A stretch of 64,000 bases of DNA from Acidimicrobiia bacterium (GTDB taxonomy: Bacteria > Actinomycetota > Acidimicrobiia > Spongiisociales > JAHEDJ01): contig DATIPS010000019.1 of assembly GCA_035471805.1 (NCBI GenBank), positions 145-64,144 on the forward strand. Reading direction: 5' to 3'. This document shows, piece by piece, positions 48,166 through 57,214 of the stretch. A program made the translations under genes and the position numbers. Positions within the stretch are counted from its first letter, which is position 1; each line of letters opens with the position of its first letter. The notes under the pieces are model-generated. The model saw only the letters and a list, made by a program, of their open reading frames with translations, did no database searches and was not told the DNA's origin.

Positions 48166-49491
48166 TCACAGGCCCGCCAGCCGGATGCCCGCCTCCACCG
48201 CCGCCGCATTGGACTCACCGAACGGGCCCTCGGCCGCCGCCGCACGGAGGGCGTCGACCGGAAAAACCCCGCTGTGCCGGACGGCTGCGGCGAGGGCCAG
48301 GAGACCGAGGTCCGCTTTGGGAACCCGGTCGGGCAGGGAGGCAGGGTCGACGACCCTGACTTCGGCACCGGACTCGATGTCGGCGAACTCGGGAACCGTG
48401 AGGATGATGGAATCGCTCGACAACCCGGCTGCTCTGGACCGGACCTTGCCGAGTCCGTCGGCGGTCAAGATCACGAGCATGTCGGGTCGGTCCGATCCTG
48501 CATAGTCGATCGGCCGGTCGGACAGCAGCAGCTTCGCCAGGCTGTGGCCCGTCTTGACCGTGACCGGGTAATCGTCTCGCTGAGACGCATAGAGTCCGCT
48601 CCTGATGGCGGCCAGCGCGCCTATCCGCGCCGCGGATCGCACCCGGCCGCCGGCTGAACCGGCCAGCTCGATCATGAACGGCCGTTCGAGGCTCGCCGAC
48701 CAGTTCTGCTCCACCGGCACGGGCCCGCCGGGCACCGTGCCCGGGATGCGGGCGGACTCTCGCAGGGCGCGACTGTATTCCGGTCGCCCCTCTCTGTAGA
48801 GGACTCCGGTTTGGAAGCCGAGAGTCTCGAGCGTCGATTCGAGGGCGCGTCGGCTGAACTGATTCGACTTGACGAAGTAGGCGGTGCACAGCTCCCAGAT
48901 ATCCAGCAGAGCGAAGGAGTCGGAGGTCACGGCTTCGCAGATGCGTTGCGTGAGGTCGGCGTCGAAGCTCGTGCCCCGCCAGACGTATCCGGCGCCGTTT
49001 ACCCCGACCGATCCGCAGATGTCGAGCGGGCGTTCCGGATTGCCGCCCGGCGTGGTGGTCGTGAACGCACCTTCCGGAGTGGTTGCCGAATGCTGGCCAC
49101 CAGTCATGCCGTAGTTGAAGTTGTTGAACACCAGCACCGTGACCCCGATGTTGCGTCTGGCGGCGTTGAGGAGGTGAGTCCCCCCGATGCCCGTGCCACC
49201 GTCGCCCATCACCACGATGACGGTCAGATCCGGCTGAGCCAGCTTTATTCCCGTTGCGTAGGTGACCGATCGGCCGTGCAAGCCGTGGAAGGCGCTGGTC
49301 GCGAAATACTGATCAGAGAGCCCGGCGCATCCGATGTCGGTGACTATCACCGTCTTCATCGGGTCGGCTTGAAGTTCGACCAGCGCTTCGTTGAGATGAT
49401 CGAGGATCGACTTGTGCCCGCAGCCGGGACAGAACGGGTACGGACTGTCGTTCCGGTAGCTGCCGAGGGTCGTAACCGTGGTCGGGTTCAT
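48166..49491 (-). CDS. korB: 2-oxoacid:ferredoxin oxidoreductase beta subunit with C-terminal gamma-like domain
   Basis: TPP-binding beta subunit (YPFCPGCGH, TDIGC, GDGG...GG, NNFNYGMTGGQ) followed by ~140-aa C-terminal domain (DYAGSDRPDMLVILTADGL...) resembling the POR/KOR gamma subunit. Confidence 0.8.
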   Translation of the reverse strand: MNPTTVTTLGSYRNDSPYPFCPGCGHKSILDHLNEALVELQADPMKTVIVTDIGCAGLSDQYFATSAFHGLHGRSVTYATGIKLAQPDLTVIVVMGDGGTGIGGTHLLNAARRNIGVTVLVFNNFNYGMTGGQHSATTPEGAFTTTTPGGNPERPLDICGSVGVNGAGYVWRGTSFDADLTQRICEAVTSDSFALLDIWELCTAYFVKSNQFSRRALESTLETLGFQTGVLYREGRPEYSRALRESARIPGTVPGGPVPVEQNWSASLERPFMIELAGSAGGRVRSAARIGALAAIRSGLYASQRDDYPVTVKTGHSLAKLLLSDRPIDYAGSDRPDMLVILTADGLGKVRSRAAGLSSDSIILTVPEFADIESGAEVRVVDPASLPDRVPKADLGLLALAAAVRHSGVFPVDALRAAAAEGPFGESNAAAVEAGIRLAGL

Positions 49492-50606
49492 GACAAAGCC
49501 TCCAGGAAGTCCTGGGGTGTGATCAACGTGCCGTCGGTTCGATGTACGCCTACCACGTCGGTCTTCCTTGCAGCCAGGCGCTCGATTTCGCGCCGGTATT
49601 GACCGTGGTTCAGTTCACCGACGATCACGCGCTCGTGACTCTCGAGCAGACCCAGTATGGCCGGTTCGGGTACCGGCCACAGGCTCTGGATGGTCAGCGC
49701 TGAGACCGGCCGGCCGCCGGCCCGGGCGACACGGACTGCTTCCCGCATCGAACCTGCGGTGATTCCGTAGGACAGCAGAGCAGTGTCTGCTCCGGGGTCG
49801 ATGTCGGCCACCACCATGTCGATCTCGTCCTGATGATTCTCGATCTTCGCAACGAGGTGTTCGTTCAGAGCACCAACCGTCTGAGGATCCTTCGTAATGA
49901 ACGCCCGTTCATCGTGAGTCGACCCGGTGAACCTAACGGGCGTATCGTCTCCGTAGGTGGCGATTGGTCCAACAGCATCCGGAGGTTGATACGAGTAGGG
50001 AGCGCCTGCGGACTCTCCCGGCGCCATACGCGATCGGGGTCGAACCGGGACCTTCTCGTATGCGTCGATATCCACCGTTGTGGCGGTGAGGTTCAACTCC
50101 TTGTCGGTGAGTACGAATACGGGGCAGCGAAACCGTTCGGCCAGATCAAAGGCTTTCATCGTCAGGGTGTAGCACTCAGGAACTGAGGAAGGGGCGAGGG
50201 CAATGATCGGATACCCTCCACCGGTTCCCCAGCGAACGAACTGGACATCGCCCTGTGCTGCAGTGGTGGCGCCGCCGGTGCTGGGGCCGAGTCGCTGCAC
50301 GTCGATGATGACCAGAGGAACCTCACCGATGATTGCCATTCCGATGTTCTCCGAATAGAGGCTGATGCCGGGTCCGCTGGTGGCGGTCATCGCTCTCGCC
50401 CCGGCCATGGTCGCACCGATGCACATTCCTATGGACGAGATCTCGTCTTCACCCTGGATTGCCACTCCACCCACCAGAGGCATTTCACGGCTCATCCCGG
50501 TGAGGATCTGGGACGCCGGTGTTATCGGATAGCCGGCGAAGAAGTCGCAACCGGCGTCGACCGCACCTCGTACGATTGCTGTGGATCCATCTGTGAGTTC
50601 TCGCAC
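49488..50606 (-). CDS. korA: 2-oxoacid:ferredoxin oxidoreductase alpha subunit (short form, no gamma domain)
   Basis: ELTDGSTAIVRGAVDAGCDFFAGYPITPAS N-terminus, GEDEISSIGMCIGATMAGARAMTATSGPG. Start approximate (GTG near 50606). Track ORF N-extension rejected. Stop overlaps korB start. Confidence 0.8.
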   Translation of the reverse strand: MRELTDGSTAIVRGAVDAGCDFFAGYPITPASQILTGMSREMPLVGGVAIQGEDEISSIGMCIGATMAGARAMTATSGPGISLYSENIGMAIIGEVPLVIIDVQRLGPSTGGATTAAQGDVQFVRWGTGGGYPIIALAPSSVPECYTLTMKAFDLAERFRCPVFVLTDKELNLTATTVDIDAYEKVPVRPRSRMAPGESAGAPYSYQPPDAVGPIATYGDDTPVRFTGSTHDERAFITKDPQTVGALNEHLVAKIENHQDEIDMVVADIDPGADTALLSYGITAGSMREAVRVARAGGRPVSALTIQSLWPVPEPAILGLLESHERVIVGELNHGQYRREIERLAARKTDVVGVHRTDGTLITPQDFLEALS

Positions 50607-50662
50607 GATCCCATTGTCGCCGGACGCAGTCGCCCGCGCGTAGGGGCTAAGGGCCCGTCTGA

Positions 50663-51124
50663 CTATCCAGCGGCCAACTGCAGGAGCCGGTCGAGAAAGG
50701 CGTGTTGGGCGGGATTCATCTTCAGGCGGGCGGAGTCGACATCGAACCATTCAGCGCGGTCGACCTCCGGGAACTCCACCATGCGACCCGTGCGGGGCGG
50801 CCACTCAACTCTGACGGTGTTCGAGCGAATCTCGGCCGGGTCGAGATCACCTTCGACCGCCCACGCGTGCACCACCTTGCCGGCTCTCTGCCGGATGCGT
50901 CCGATGCTCTCGGTTCCGTCCGGGTCGAGCCGCGTGCCGGTTTCCTCGGCGAACTCCCGCAAGGCCGCATCGAGAAGAGGCTCTCCTTCGACGACCTCGC
51001 CCTTGGGGATGCTCCAGGCGCCACGGTCCTTCTTGGCCCAGAGCGGACCACCGGGGTGGACCAGCAGCACCTCTATGTCAACTCCCCTGGAGCGATAGAG
51101 CAGCACGCCGGCGCTCTCATTCAC
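50663..51124 (-). CDS. NUDIX hydrolase
   Basis: Nudix box GEVVEGEPLLDAALREFAEETG. 153 aa. Confidence 0.8.
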   Translation of the reverse strand: MNESAGVLLYRSRGVDIEVLLVHPGGPLWAKKDRGAWSIPKGEVVEGEPLLDAALREFAEETGTRLDPDGTESIGRIRQRAGKVVHAWAVEGDLDPAEIRSNTVRVEWPPRTGRMVEFPEVDRAEWFDVDSARLKMNPAQHAFLDRLLQLAAG

Positions 51125-51720
51125 TGGGCCGTCTCTTCCTCCGCCAGCCTGACGGGGGTCTCGTTTCCCGGCTTGACTCCTTGAACTCCCCTGTAGAACG
51201 CCCTCAACAGGTCCATATCAGCAGCTATGTCGCCGCCGGCCCACAGTGGTGGCCCGATGGTTGCCACCCGATCGACCCCGTTGACGGACGCCGGAACGAT
51301 CGGCACATGAGCCGCCAGAGCGATCCGATAGAAACCCGACTTCCACATGGTGCCTTTCGACCGGGTTCCCTCAGGAGCGACGACGAGAATCATCTCGTCG
51401 GCCGCCGCAAACGCCGCAGCCGTCTGTTCGACGAGGCCTTCGGGCCGGTCCCGGCGCACCGGAATACCCCCGAGTTTCCGCATCAACCAGCCGAGCGGTC
51501 CCCAGAACAGGCTGTTCTTGCCGATATATCGCGCTCGTTTGTCGAAATGGCCGAGGACACCGAGAAAGACGATGAAGTCGAAGTTGGAGGTATGGGGGGC
51601 GCCGATTGCCAGAAACTTGGGATCCTCGGGGAAGGCTCCGTCGATCCGCCAACCACGCAGTCGCAAGTAGTGCTTCGCAAGCCAGTACATCAAGGCAATG
51701 ATCGCAGGAAACAACCGCAA
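51121..51720 (-). CDS. plsC: 1-acyl-sn-glycerol-3-phosphate acyltransferase (PlsC family)
   Basis: HxxxxD motif (APHTSNFD), FIGK, and VPIVP motif region. N-terminal TM. Confidence 0.75.
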   Translation of the reverse strand: MRLFPAIIALMYWLAKHYLRLRGWRIDGAFPEDPKFLAIGAPHTSNFDFIVFLGVLGHFDKRARYIGKNSLFWGPLGWLMRKLGGIPVRRDRPEGLVEQTAAAFAAADEMILVVAPEGTRSKGTMWKSGFYRIALAAHVPIVPASVNGVDRVATIGPPLWAGGDIAADMDLLRAFYRGVQGVKPGNETPVRLAEEETAQ

Positions 51721-51725
51721 TTGAC

Positions 51726-51754
51726 GAAGTGCCCCGCGTAGGGCGGGGCACTTC
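51726..51754 (-). terminator. intrinsic terminator hairpin downstream of hup
   Basis: gaagtgccccgc-gtagg-gcggggcacttc: perfect 12-bp GC-rich stem 20 nt past the hup stop, followed on the minus strand by a T-containing tract (gtcaattgcggttgttt). Confidence 0.6.
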
Positions 51755-51774
51755 GGATAGGGGTTGGTTGAGTG

Positions 51775-52068
51775 CTATTCGGCGACGCGGTCCCGAAGGC
51801 CCTTCGCCGGCTTGAATGTCGCGTAGGTCTTGGCTGCGATTGTGATCGTCTCGCCGGTGGCCGGGTTGCGGCCCTGGCGTGCTGAACGCGATTTGGTGCC
51901 GAATGAGCCGAAACCGGCAATGGCAACCTTGCGCCCGGCGTCGAGCTCAACTGCAATAATTCCCTCGCCGGGTTCCGACGAAAAGATCGCGTCGACTACC
52001 TCAGCAGCCTTGGCCTGGGTCAGGTCCGCCTTCTTGGCGAGTTTCTTCGCCATCTCCGTTTTGTTCAT
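51775..52068 (-). CDS. hup: nucleoid-associated protein HU (histone-like, HU/IHF family)
   Basis: MNKTEMAKKLAKKADLTQAKAAEVVDAIF... with beta-arm RNPATGETI and GFGSF motifs. 97 aa. Confidence 0.85.
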   Translation of the reverse strand: MNKTEMAKKLAKKADLTQAKAAEVVDAIFSSEPGEGIIAVELDAGRKVAIAGFGSFGTKSRSARQGRNPATGETITIAAKTYATFKPAKGLRDRVAE

Positions 52069-52150
52069 CCACCCCTCCTAGAGGCTCGAAACTGTCGACG
52101 GTCCATCGCCGTCACGAAGAACGATAACCAAGAACGTCAATGAATTGGGG

Positions 52151-52164
52151 GATATCGCGATATC
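52151..52164. promoter_or_regulatory. perfect 14-bp palindrome GATATCGCGATATC (candidate operator) in hup upstream region
   Basis: Read directly from sequence. ~85 nt upstream of hup start, inside a ~480-nt ORF-free divergent region. Confidence 0.3.
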
Positions 52165-52548
52165 TCCGTGTAGGGACCCGGGCGCCGGAAAGCCTCGTCC
52201 CGGTGCGCGGAGCGAGACCATCCGGCGACGCTGATACTCCGCCGGATGCAACAGTCTGTCGTTGGCCTCTCGGCGGACGCCGAACGGACTCCGCATCGAT
52301 CGCTGATGGCCGGGGGGTGGAGGCCAATTGCACGAGACGTCTTCGGATCCGCCGTCGCCGGAGGGCCCCGCTCCGGGGACCGCGCGGCAGTCGAAGAGTC
52401 CGGTTCTGCACGGCGGATCAGGGGCGGTCGAGGAGACCGCACACCAGGCTCACGGTGGATCCGTGACGGGCCGGAAAGGGAGCCCTTCCGCCTTCTAGGA
52501 TCGGACCGAAAGGACGCTCACATAGCGGAACTTCGAAAGGAGTCGTGC

Positions 52549-52977
52549 ATGAGACGGAACTTGGCGCTCTATCTGGCCAACCGGATGTGGCGTTTGCATC
52601 CCGGCGTGCGGAGCGACGACCAGTTGACTCCGGGAGAGCGCGCCGCAGACCGGCTTCGCAACGGCATGGGCTCGTGGGCATTCGTGTTCGTCGCGCTGGT
52701 GTTCCTGGCGGTCTGGATGGGGTACAACCGCAATACCGGATTCGACCCTTATCCGTTCATTCTTCTCAACCTGGTTCTGTCCTGTATCGCCGCTCTCCAG
52801 GGGGCCGTGCTGCTGATCGCGGCCCGCCGGGCCGATCAGATTTCAGCCGAACTTGCTCTGCACGACTACAAGACCGACAGCGAAGCTCTCGATCTAATCC
52901 GCCAACTCCAGGCAGCCACTGCTGAAATCCAGCAGCAGCTCGCAACAAGCGGGCCTTCCGGCCATCGAAGCCGTTGA
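52549..52977 (+). CDS. DUF1003-family membrane protein
   Basis: ATG 52549 with GAAAGGAG Shine-Dalgarno. Conserved DUF1003 core (GSWAFVFVALVFLAVWMGYN...FILLNLVLSCIAALQGAVLLIAARRADQISAE). Frame differs from Arg-rich track ORF 52545..52925. Confidence 0.65.
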   Translation: MRRNLALYLANRMWRLHPGVRSDDQLTPGERAADRLRNGMGSWAFVFVALVFLAVWMGYNRNTGFDPYPFILLNLVLSCIAALQGAVLLIAARRADQISAELALHDYKTDSEALDLIRQLQAATAEIQQQLATSGPSGHRSR

Positions 52978-53054
52978 AACCCCGGCGCCTACCCGACCCA
53001 TCCGAGCGTGTCTGGCGGTAGCCGACCGTTGTTGATTGCTGCCACAATGAATCC

Positions 53055-54026
53055 ATGATCATCGACTGCGCCGTCTACGACAAGGGGTTGAGAAGGCCGG
53101 GCGACAGACCGACCAAGGGTGCACGGCAAGCGGCCTCGGATCCCGAATCGTTTGTCTGGATCGGTCTCTACGAGCCCACGGCAGAGGAGTTCGCCTCCGT
53201 ACGCGACGAGTTCGATCTTCACGAGCTCGCCGTCGAGGACGCCATGAAGGCGCATCAGCGGCCGAAACTCGAGGTGTACGACAACACCATCTTCGTCGTA
53301 CTCAAAACCGCCAGGTATGTGGACATTGAAGAGGAAATCGAGTTCGGCGAGATTCTCCTCTTCATCGGAGACAACTTCGCGGTCGTCGTTCGGCACGGCG
53401 AAGCCAGCGGATTGACCGAAGCGCGGCATAGTCTCGAGCGTGACCCGGACCTCTTGAGCCTCGGACCGTGCGCAGTCCTTCACCGGGTGATGGACCGGGT
53501 CGTGGACGACTACGTCCCGGTTGTCGACGGACTGGGCAAAGACATACAGGAGGTCGAGAAAGAGGTGTTCTCGACCGAGTGGAGCAATCCCGCAGAACGG
53601 ATCTACTTCCTGAAGCGAGAGGTTCTCGAGTTCCAACAGGCGGTCGCATCGCTCATCGATCCGCTCAATCGGCTCGGCCGTGGTTTCTTCGATGTGATCC
53701 CGGGCGAAATGCGCGAGTACTTCCGTGACATCTACGACCACGTCCTGCGTCTGTCGGATCAGGTGTCGGCATATCGGGATCTTCTCACCAGCGTGCTCGA
53801 AGCGAACCTCACTCAAGTGAGCGTCCGCCAGAACGAAGACATGAGAAAGATCTCCGCCTGGGTGGCCGTTGCGGTAGTTCCGACGTTGATCGCCGGCGTG
53901 TTCGGCATGAACTTTCAGCGGATGCCGGGCGTTGACGCCAACTGGGGGTTTCCTACCGTCGTCGGTTTGATGGTGCTGGTGGCCGCCACGCTCTACGGCC
54001 TCTTTCGCCGCAGCGACTGGTTATAG
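53055..54026 (+). CDS. corA: CorA-family magnesium/cobalt transporter
   Basis: Cytoplasmic funnel domain plus two C-terminal TMs with GMNF motif (VFGMNFQRMPG). Confidence 0.85.
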   Translation: MIIDCAVYDKGLRRPGDRPTKGARQAASDPESFVWIGLYEPTAEEFASVRDEFDLHELAVEDAMKAHQRPKLEVYDNTIFVVLKTARYVDIEEEIEFGEILLFIGDNFAVVVRHGEASGLTEARHSLERDPDLLSLGPCAVLHRVMDRVVDDYVPVVDGLGKDIQEVEKEVFSTEWSNPAERIYFLKREVLEFQQAVASLIDPLNRLGRGFFDVIPGEMREYFRDIYDHVLRLSDQVSAYRDLLTSVLEANLTQVSVRQNEDMRKISAWVAVAVVPTLIAGVFGMNFQRMPGVDANWGFPTVVGLMVLVAATLYGLFRRSDWL

Positions 54027-54039
54027 ACGGCCACCCAGA

Positions 54040-54477
54040 TCATCCGCCGCCAAAGGTCGCTCGAAGCCCACCGACGAACTGCCGGCGTTCAGCCTCCGTG
54101 AGACGCGCCGACGAGTGGACCCATCCGTAGTAGACCGGTGGCATCTCGCCCTCCTCCACCGATTCGACGATGTCATCCGTTTCGTGTTCGCCTCTTCCCC
54201 ATTCCGAGAAGTTGAGCTTGCGGCGTCCTTCGTCGACGTCGCGCTCGACCATCCAGGAAAAGGGAGCGATGTTGGTGTACCAGGGCCACTCTGTCTCGTT
54301 GCTGTGACAGTCGAAGCAGGCGCCGACCGTCAGATCTCGAGTCGCCGCCGTATCCCAGAGGGGCTCGGCGGTCACCGGCGGGTTGGTGTGCGCCCTTCCG
54401 TAAGGGATCAACTGGATGAAGCTCAGCCCCCCGAGCAGGAACACCGAGCCCCACTTCAACCACTTCCGGCGGCTCAT
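54040..54477 (-). CDS. haem-binding-domain protein (Haem_bd family, membrane-anchored)
   Basis: N-terminal TM then CFDCHSNETEWPWY motif (C..CH haem site) and FSEWGRG. Confidence 0.7.
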   Translation of the reverse strand: MSRRKWLKWGSVFLLGGLSFIQLIPYGRAHTNPPVTAEPLWDTAATRDLTVGACFDCHSNETEWPWYTNIAPFSWMVERDVDEGRRKLNFSEWGRGEHETDDIVESVEEGEMPPVYYGWVHSSARLTEAERRQFVGGLRATFGGG

Positions 54478-54642
54478 GATGAAACCCTTCGATATCGCCC
54501 GGCGGCGTGCTCCTCAGACATCACCAAATCTAGGCCGGAACTCACTCGGCAGGAGGCCGGGTGGTGAAGGGTCGGCCGGATAGGGCCTGAGGTTCTCGAC
54601 CCTCCCGGTCACGCTCGGAACAGGGCACATCGGCTCTCCCGG

Positions 54643-55962
54643 CTAGATGATGGCGCTGCCGAACATGAAGACGAGGATCGCGGCGCCGGTGGTGATGATG
54701 ATCAGAGGTGCCACGAGGTAGGCAGATCGCGATCGGTTCATCCACCGGTTGACGGCCCAGAGGAGAAGAGCGGTCGCCCCCAGCAAGTAGCCGACCAGGA
54801 CCGAGTATGCCATCAGCCGGATGCGAGCAAAGGCGGCGTTGTAGAGGACGTCGTCGGTACCGAGGGCGAACAACACGCCGAGGAAGAACGCTATGACCGC
54901 GGCACCCGCAAGTGTGATCTCACTGTAGAAACCGATCCGAGCCACCCGGCCCGGCCCGGAGCCGGAGATGTCCTCAGCGGCGGTCGCCAGCCGCCACCGA
55001 TGGCTGCCAACGGCGATTGCCCCGATCACGAAGGCGGTCACGAGCACCGAAACAAGCGCGAATGAAACAGGGGCGAACAACGGGTTGCGGTACCGGGGCA
55101 GATATGCGTCCATGAGACTGAAGAACTCGTTCTCGAAGTCGTCCAAGCTAAGGCCCACTTTGCTTTCGAAAGCCGCCTCGAAAGTCGCACCCTGGGCGAC
55201 ATCGATCAGTATGCCGGTCATGTCCTCTGGAGACTTGCCCTTTCCGTCTTCGTCCATCAGGTACTCGACCGCAACATGGAACATCGGGTAGTGGAAATGC
55301 TCGCCGGCCTCTGCGCTGGTGATCTGGGAGTAACTCTCGATCGATATCGGGCTGGTGGTTCCGTACTTCGCGGTCAGCCGGGCCAATTGGTCGAGTCCTC
55401 TGATGGGCGTGGTGTCGCCGGCCAGCACCAACGGCAGCCCCTCGATGAACCACGTATCGACGGGCCTGCTTTCGCCGCCCGTGATCATCCACTGGATGAC
55501 ATGAACCAGCTCATGCTTCACTACCGGCGCCAGAGAGTTGTTGCCGGTCTGTCTTTGATCGTGATCCGGGGACCACACGAGCAGACCGCCGAAGTACGCC
55601 CGACCGCCCCAATCCTGAGGGTCGTAGTCGTGGTACGCATAGATATCGATCTTGTTCCGTCCCTCGGGATACCGAAGCAGGCCGGGTTCGATTGACAGTT
55701 CGTCGAGCAGTTCTGCCCACACGTCCTCGGCAACGGTCGCTACCTCACGGCGAGCTTCCAGACTGGCGGCATCGCTGTAAACAACGAAGTTCGTGCTCTC
55801 GATCGGGTTCCCGTCATGAGGCCAGGCGTTTCGCGCATACCATGACCCCTCATCCACCATTGCTCCAGAACCGGCGGCGGCGCCATCGTCTGAAGACGGA
55901 GCGCAACCGGAGGAAACGACGCCGATAAACACAACGAGAGTTGCCTCGAGCAAGATCCGCAT
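54643..55962 (-). CDS. lipoprotein with HExxH zinc-metallopeptidase-like motif and C-terminal polytopic membrane region
   Basis: Lipobox VVSSGC. HELVHVIQW (HExxH). Four predicted C-terminal TM helices. Confidence 0.55.
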   Translation of the reverse strand: MRILLEATLVVFIGVVSSGCAPSSDDGAAAGSGAMVDEGSWYARNAWPHDGNPIESTNFVVYSDAASLEARREVATVAEDVWAELLDELSIEPGLLRYPEGRNKIDIYAYHDYDPQDWGGRAYFGGLLVWSPDHDQRQTGNNSLAPVVKHELVHVIQWMITGGESRPVDTWFIEGLPLVLAGDTTPIRGLDQLARLTAKYGTTSPISIESYSQITSAEAGEHFHYPMFHVAVEYLMDEDGKGKSPEDMTGILIDVAQGATFEAAFESKVGLSLDDFENEFFSLMDAYLPRYRNPLFAPVSFALVSVLVTAFVIGAIAVGSHRWRLATAAEDISGSGPGRVARIGFYSEITLAGAAVIAFFLGVLFALGTDDVLYNAAFARIRLMAYSVLVGYLLGATALLLWAVNRWMNRSRSAYLVAPLIIITTGAAILVFMFGSAII

Positions 55963-56205
55963 GGTTCACCAAAACAGCATCCCCGCCCCAATCGCCAGAG
56001 GCCTTCGGCCCTTTGATCAACCGTTGCCCGGGTACGGACCTGTAACCGCGCCGGAGAACCGGCCCGGCTAACGGGCGGCATCCGTCGCGATGACACTGGG
56101 TCGGCCCGGGTTTCGGCTGTCCCCTCGCGCAGGTTCCGCCCGACCCGTCGCCGGAGGCGGAGCTCCGCCGGAACCCGGCCGGCGAAGCTCCATTCCCGGT
56201 TGTGG

Positions 56206-56868
56206 CTAGGGGACGTATTGCTCGCGGATGAGAACGATGACGCCGTCATCCACAGTGAGCCACACGCCGGGCTGGAAATCGCGGGATGCTCGTTCCGCCA
56301 GCCAATCTGAATAAGGGACCGTCTCCTCGGTTGAGGGATCACCCGGGTTGGGTAGCCAGGTCACAGCAGCACCTTCGGCAACGGCGAGGAACCGCAGCCC
56401 GGGGTTGCCGTTACGAACGTAGTAGTCGTTGGGGGGCGGGGACTCCTTGCCGTCCTCAGCGGCCGCCAGCGCGGCAGCCTGTCCGTTGAACCAGCAGGCA
56501 AGATCAAAGTCGATCCCGCCGGTGGTCGCCTGATCGACGTACCCGAACCACTCGCCGTCCACCAGGGAGTCATCGGTTGCCGGCGTACAGCCCGAACCGG
56601 CGGCCAGCGAGTTGTCGCCCGGGTTATCGACAACGCCGTTATCCGGCTCAAGGGTGATCGGGGTATCGCCCGCTCCGCCGTCCGGTTCAACCGGGATCGG
56701 GGTATCGCCAGCTCCGCCGTCCGGTTCAACCGGGATGGGCTGGCCGACCTGTTGTTGGGTCGTTCCGCCTGTGGAATCGTCTCCGTCGGCGGTCGCCGCG
56801 TATGCAATCGACGAAACCGCCACCACCATCACCGCGACGCCCATCCATCTGATCTGAGCGCGGCTCAT
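56206..56868 (-). CDS. secreted hypothetical protein with 13-aa tandem repeat
   Basis: ATG 56866-56868 (MSRAQIRWMGVAVMVVAVSSIAYAATA signal peptide). Perfect tandem repeat IPVEPDGGAGDTP x2 (39-nt DNA repeat at 56646-56723). Track ORF's N-extension is the duplicated cytochrome c fragment and is rejected. Confidence 0.55.
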   Translation of the reverse strand: MSRAQIRWMGVAVMVVAVSSIAYAATADGDDSTGGTTQQQVGQPIPVEPDGGAGDTPIPVEPDGGAGDTPITLEPDNGVVDNPGDNSLAAGSGCTPATDDSLVDGEWFGYVDQATTGGIDFDLACWFNGQAAALAAAEDGKESPPPNDYYVRNGNPGLRFLAVAEGAAVTWLPNPGDPSTEETVPYSDWLAERASRDFQPGVWLTVDDGVIVLIREQYVP

Positions 56869-57049
56869 GGTCTTCACTTCCGCCATCCTTTCTTTTTCGT
56901 TTCGCCCAATTCGCGGATTAGACGATCGGGCGGCTCGAGAAGTTCCGACGAAGATCGAGAGGGGGAAGCCGGGTGTCAGCATCCAGGTCTGGCAGGGACT
57001 CCGCCCCGGTGACGTCAGCCCACCAGACGGCGGCGCGCCGACAACCATG

Positions 57050-57214
57050 GACCGGTCCGCACACGCTTCGGCATGCAGTTCGCTCCCGGCAGCGATCAAG
57101 GCCGGATCCGAAGGCTGGTTCCCGCCTCCGTCCGCAGCGCCAGACCCCGAGCAGGCGCTCAGAACGACAACAACCAATAGGATCGGCAAACGAAATGCTC
57201 GCAGTCGGCGGCCC
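57050..57214 (-). pseudogene. 5' fragment of cytochrome c lipoprotein gene (duplicate of 59121..59290), lacks haem site
   Basis: ~165 nt ~97% identical to the 5' end of the intact gene at 58880..59290 (encodes RRLRAFRLPILLVVVVLSACSGSGAADGGGNQPSDPALIAAGSELHAEACA). CxxCH is replaced by unrelated sequence. Abuts repeat copy 1. Confidence 0.7.

Noticed and set aside
52078-52545. Searched the hup-DUF1003 intergenic region for RNase P RNA, tmRNA and 6S RNA signatures
   Set aside because: None of the conserved RNase P motifs (GGAAAGUCCGGGCUCC), the tmRNA tag-peptide frame or 6S bulge features are present. Only local hairpins and a palindrome were found.
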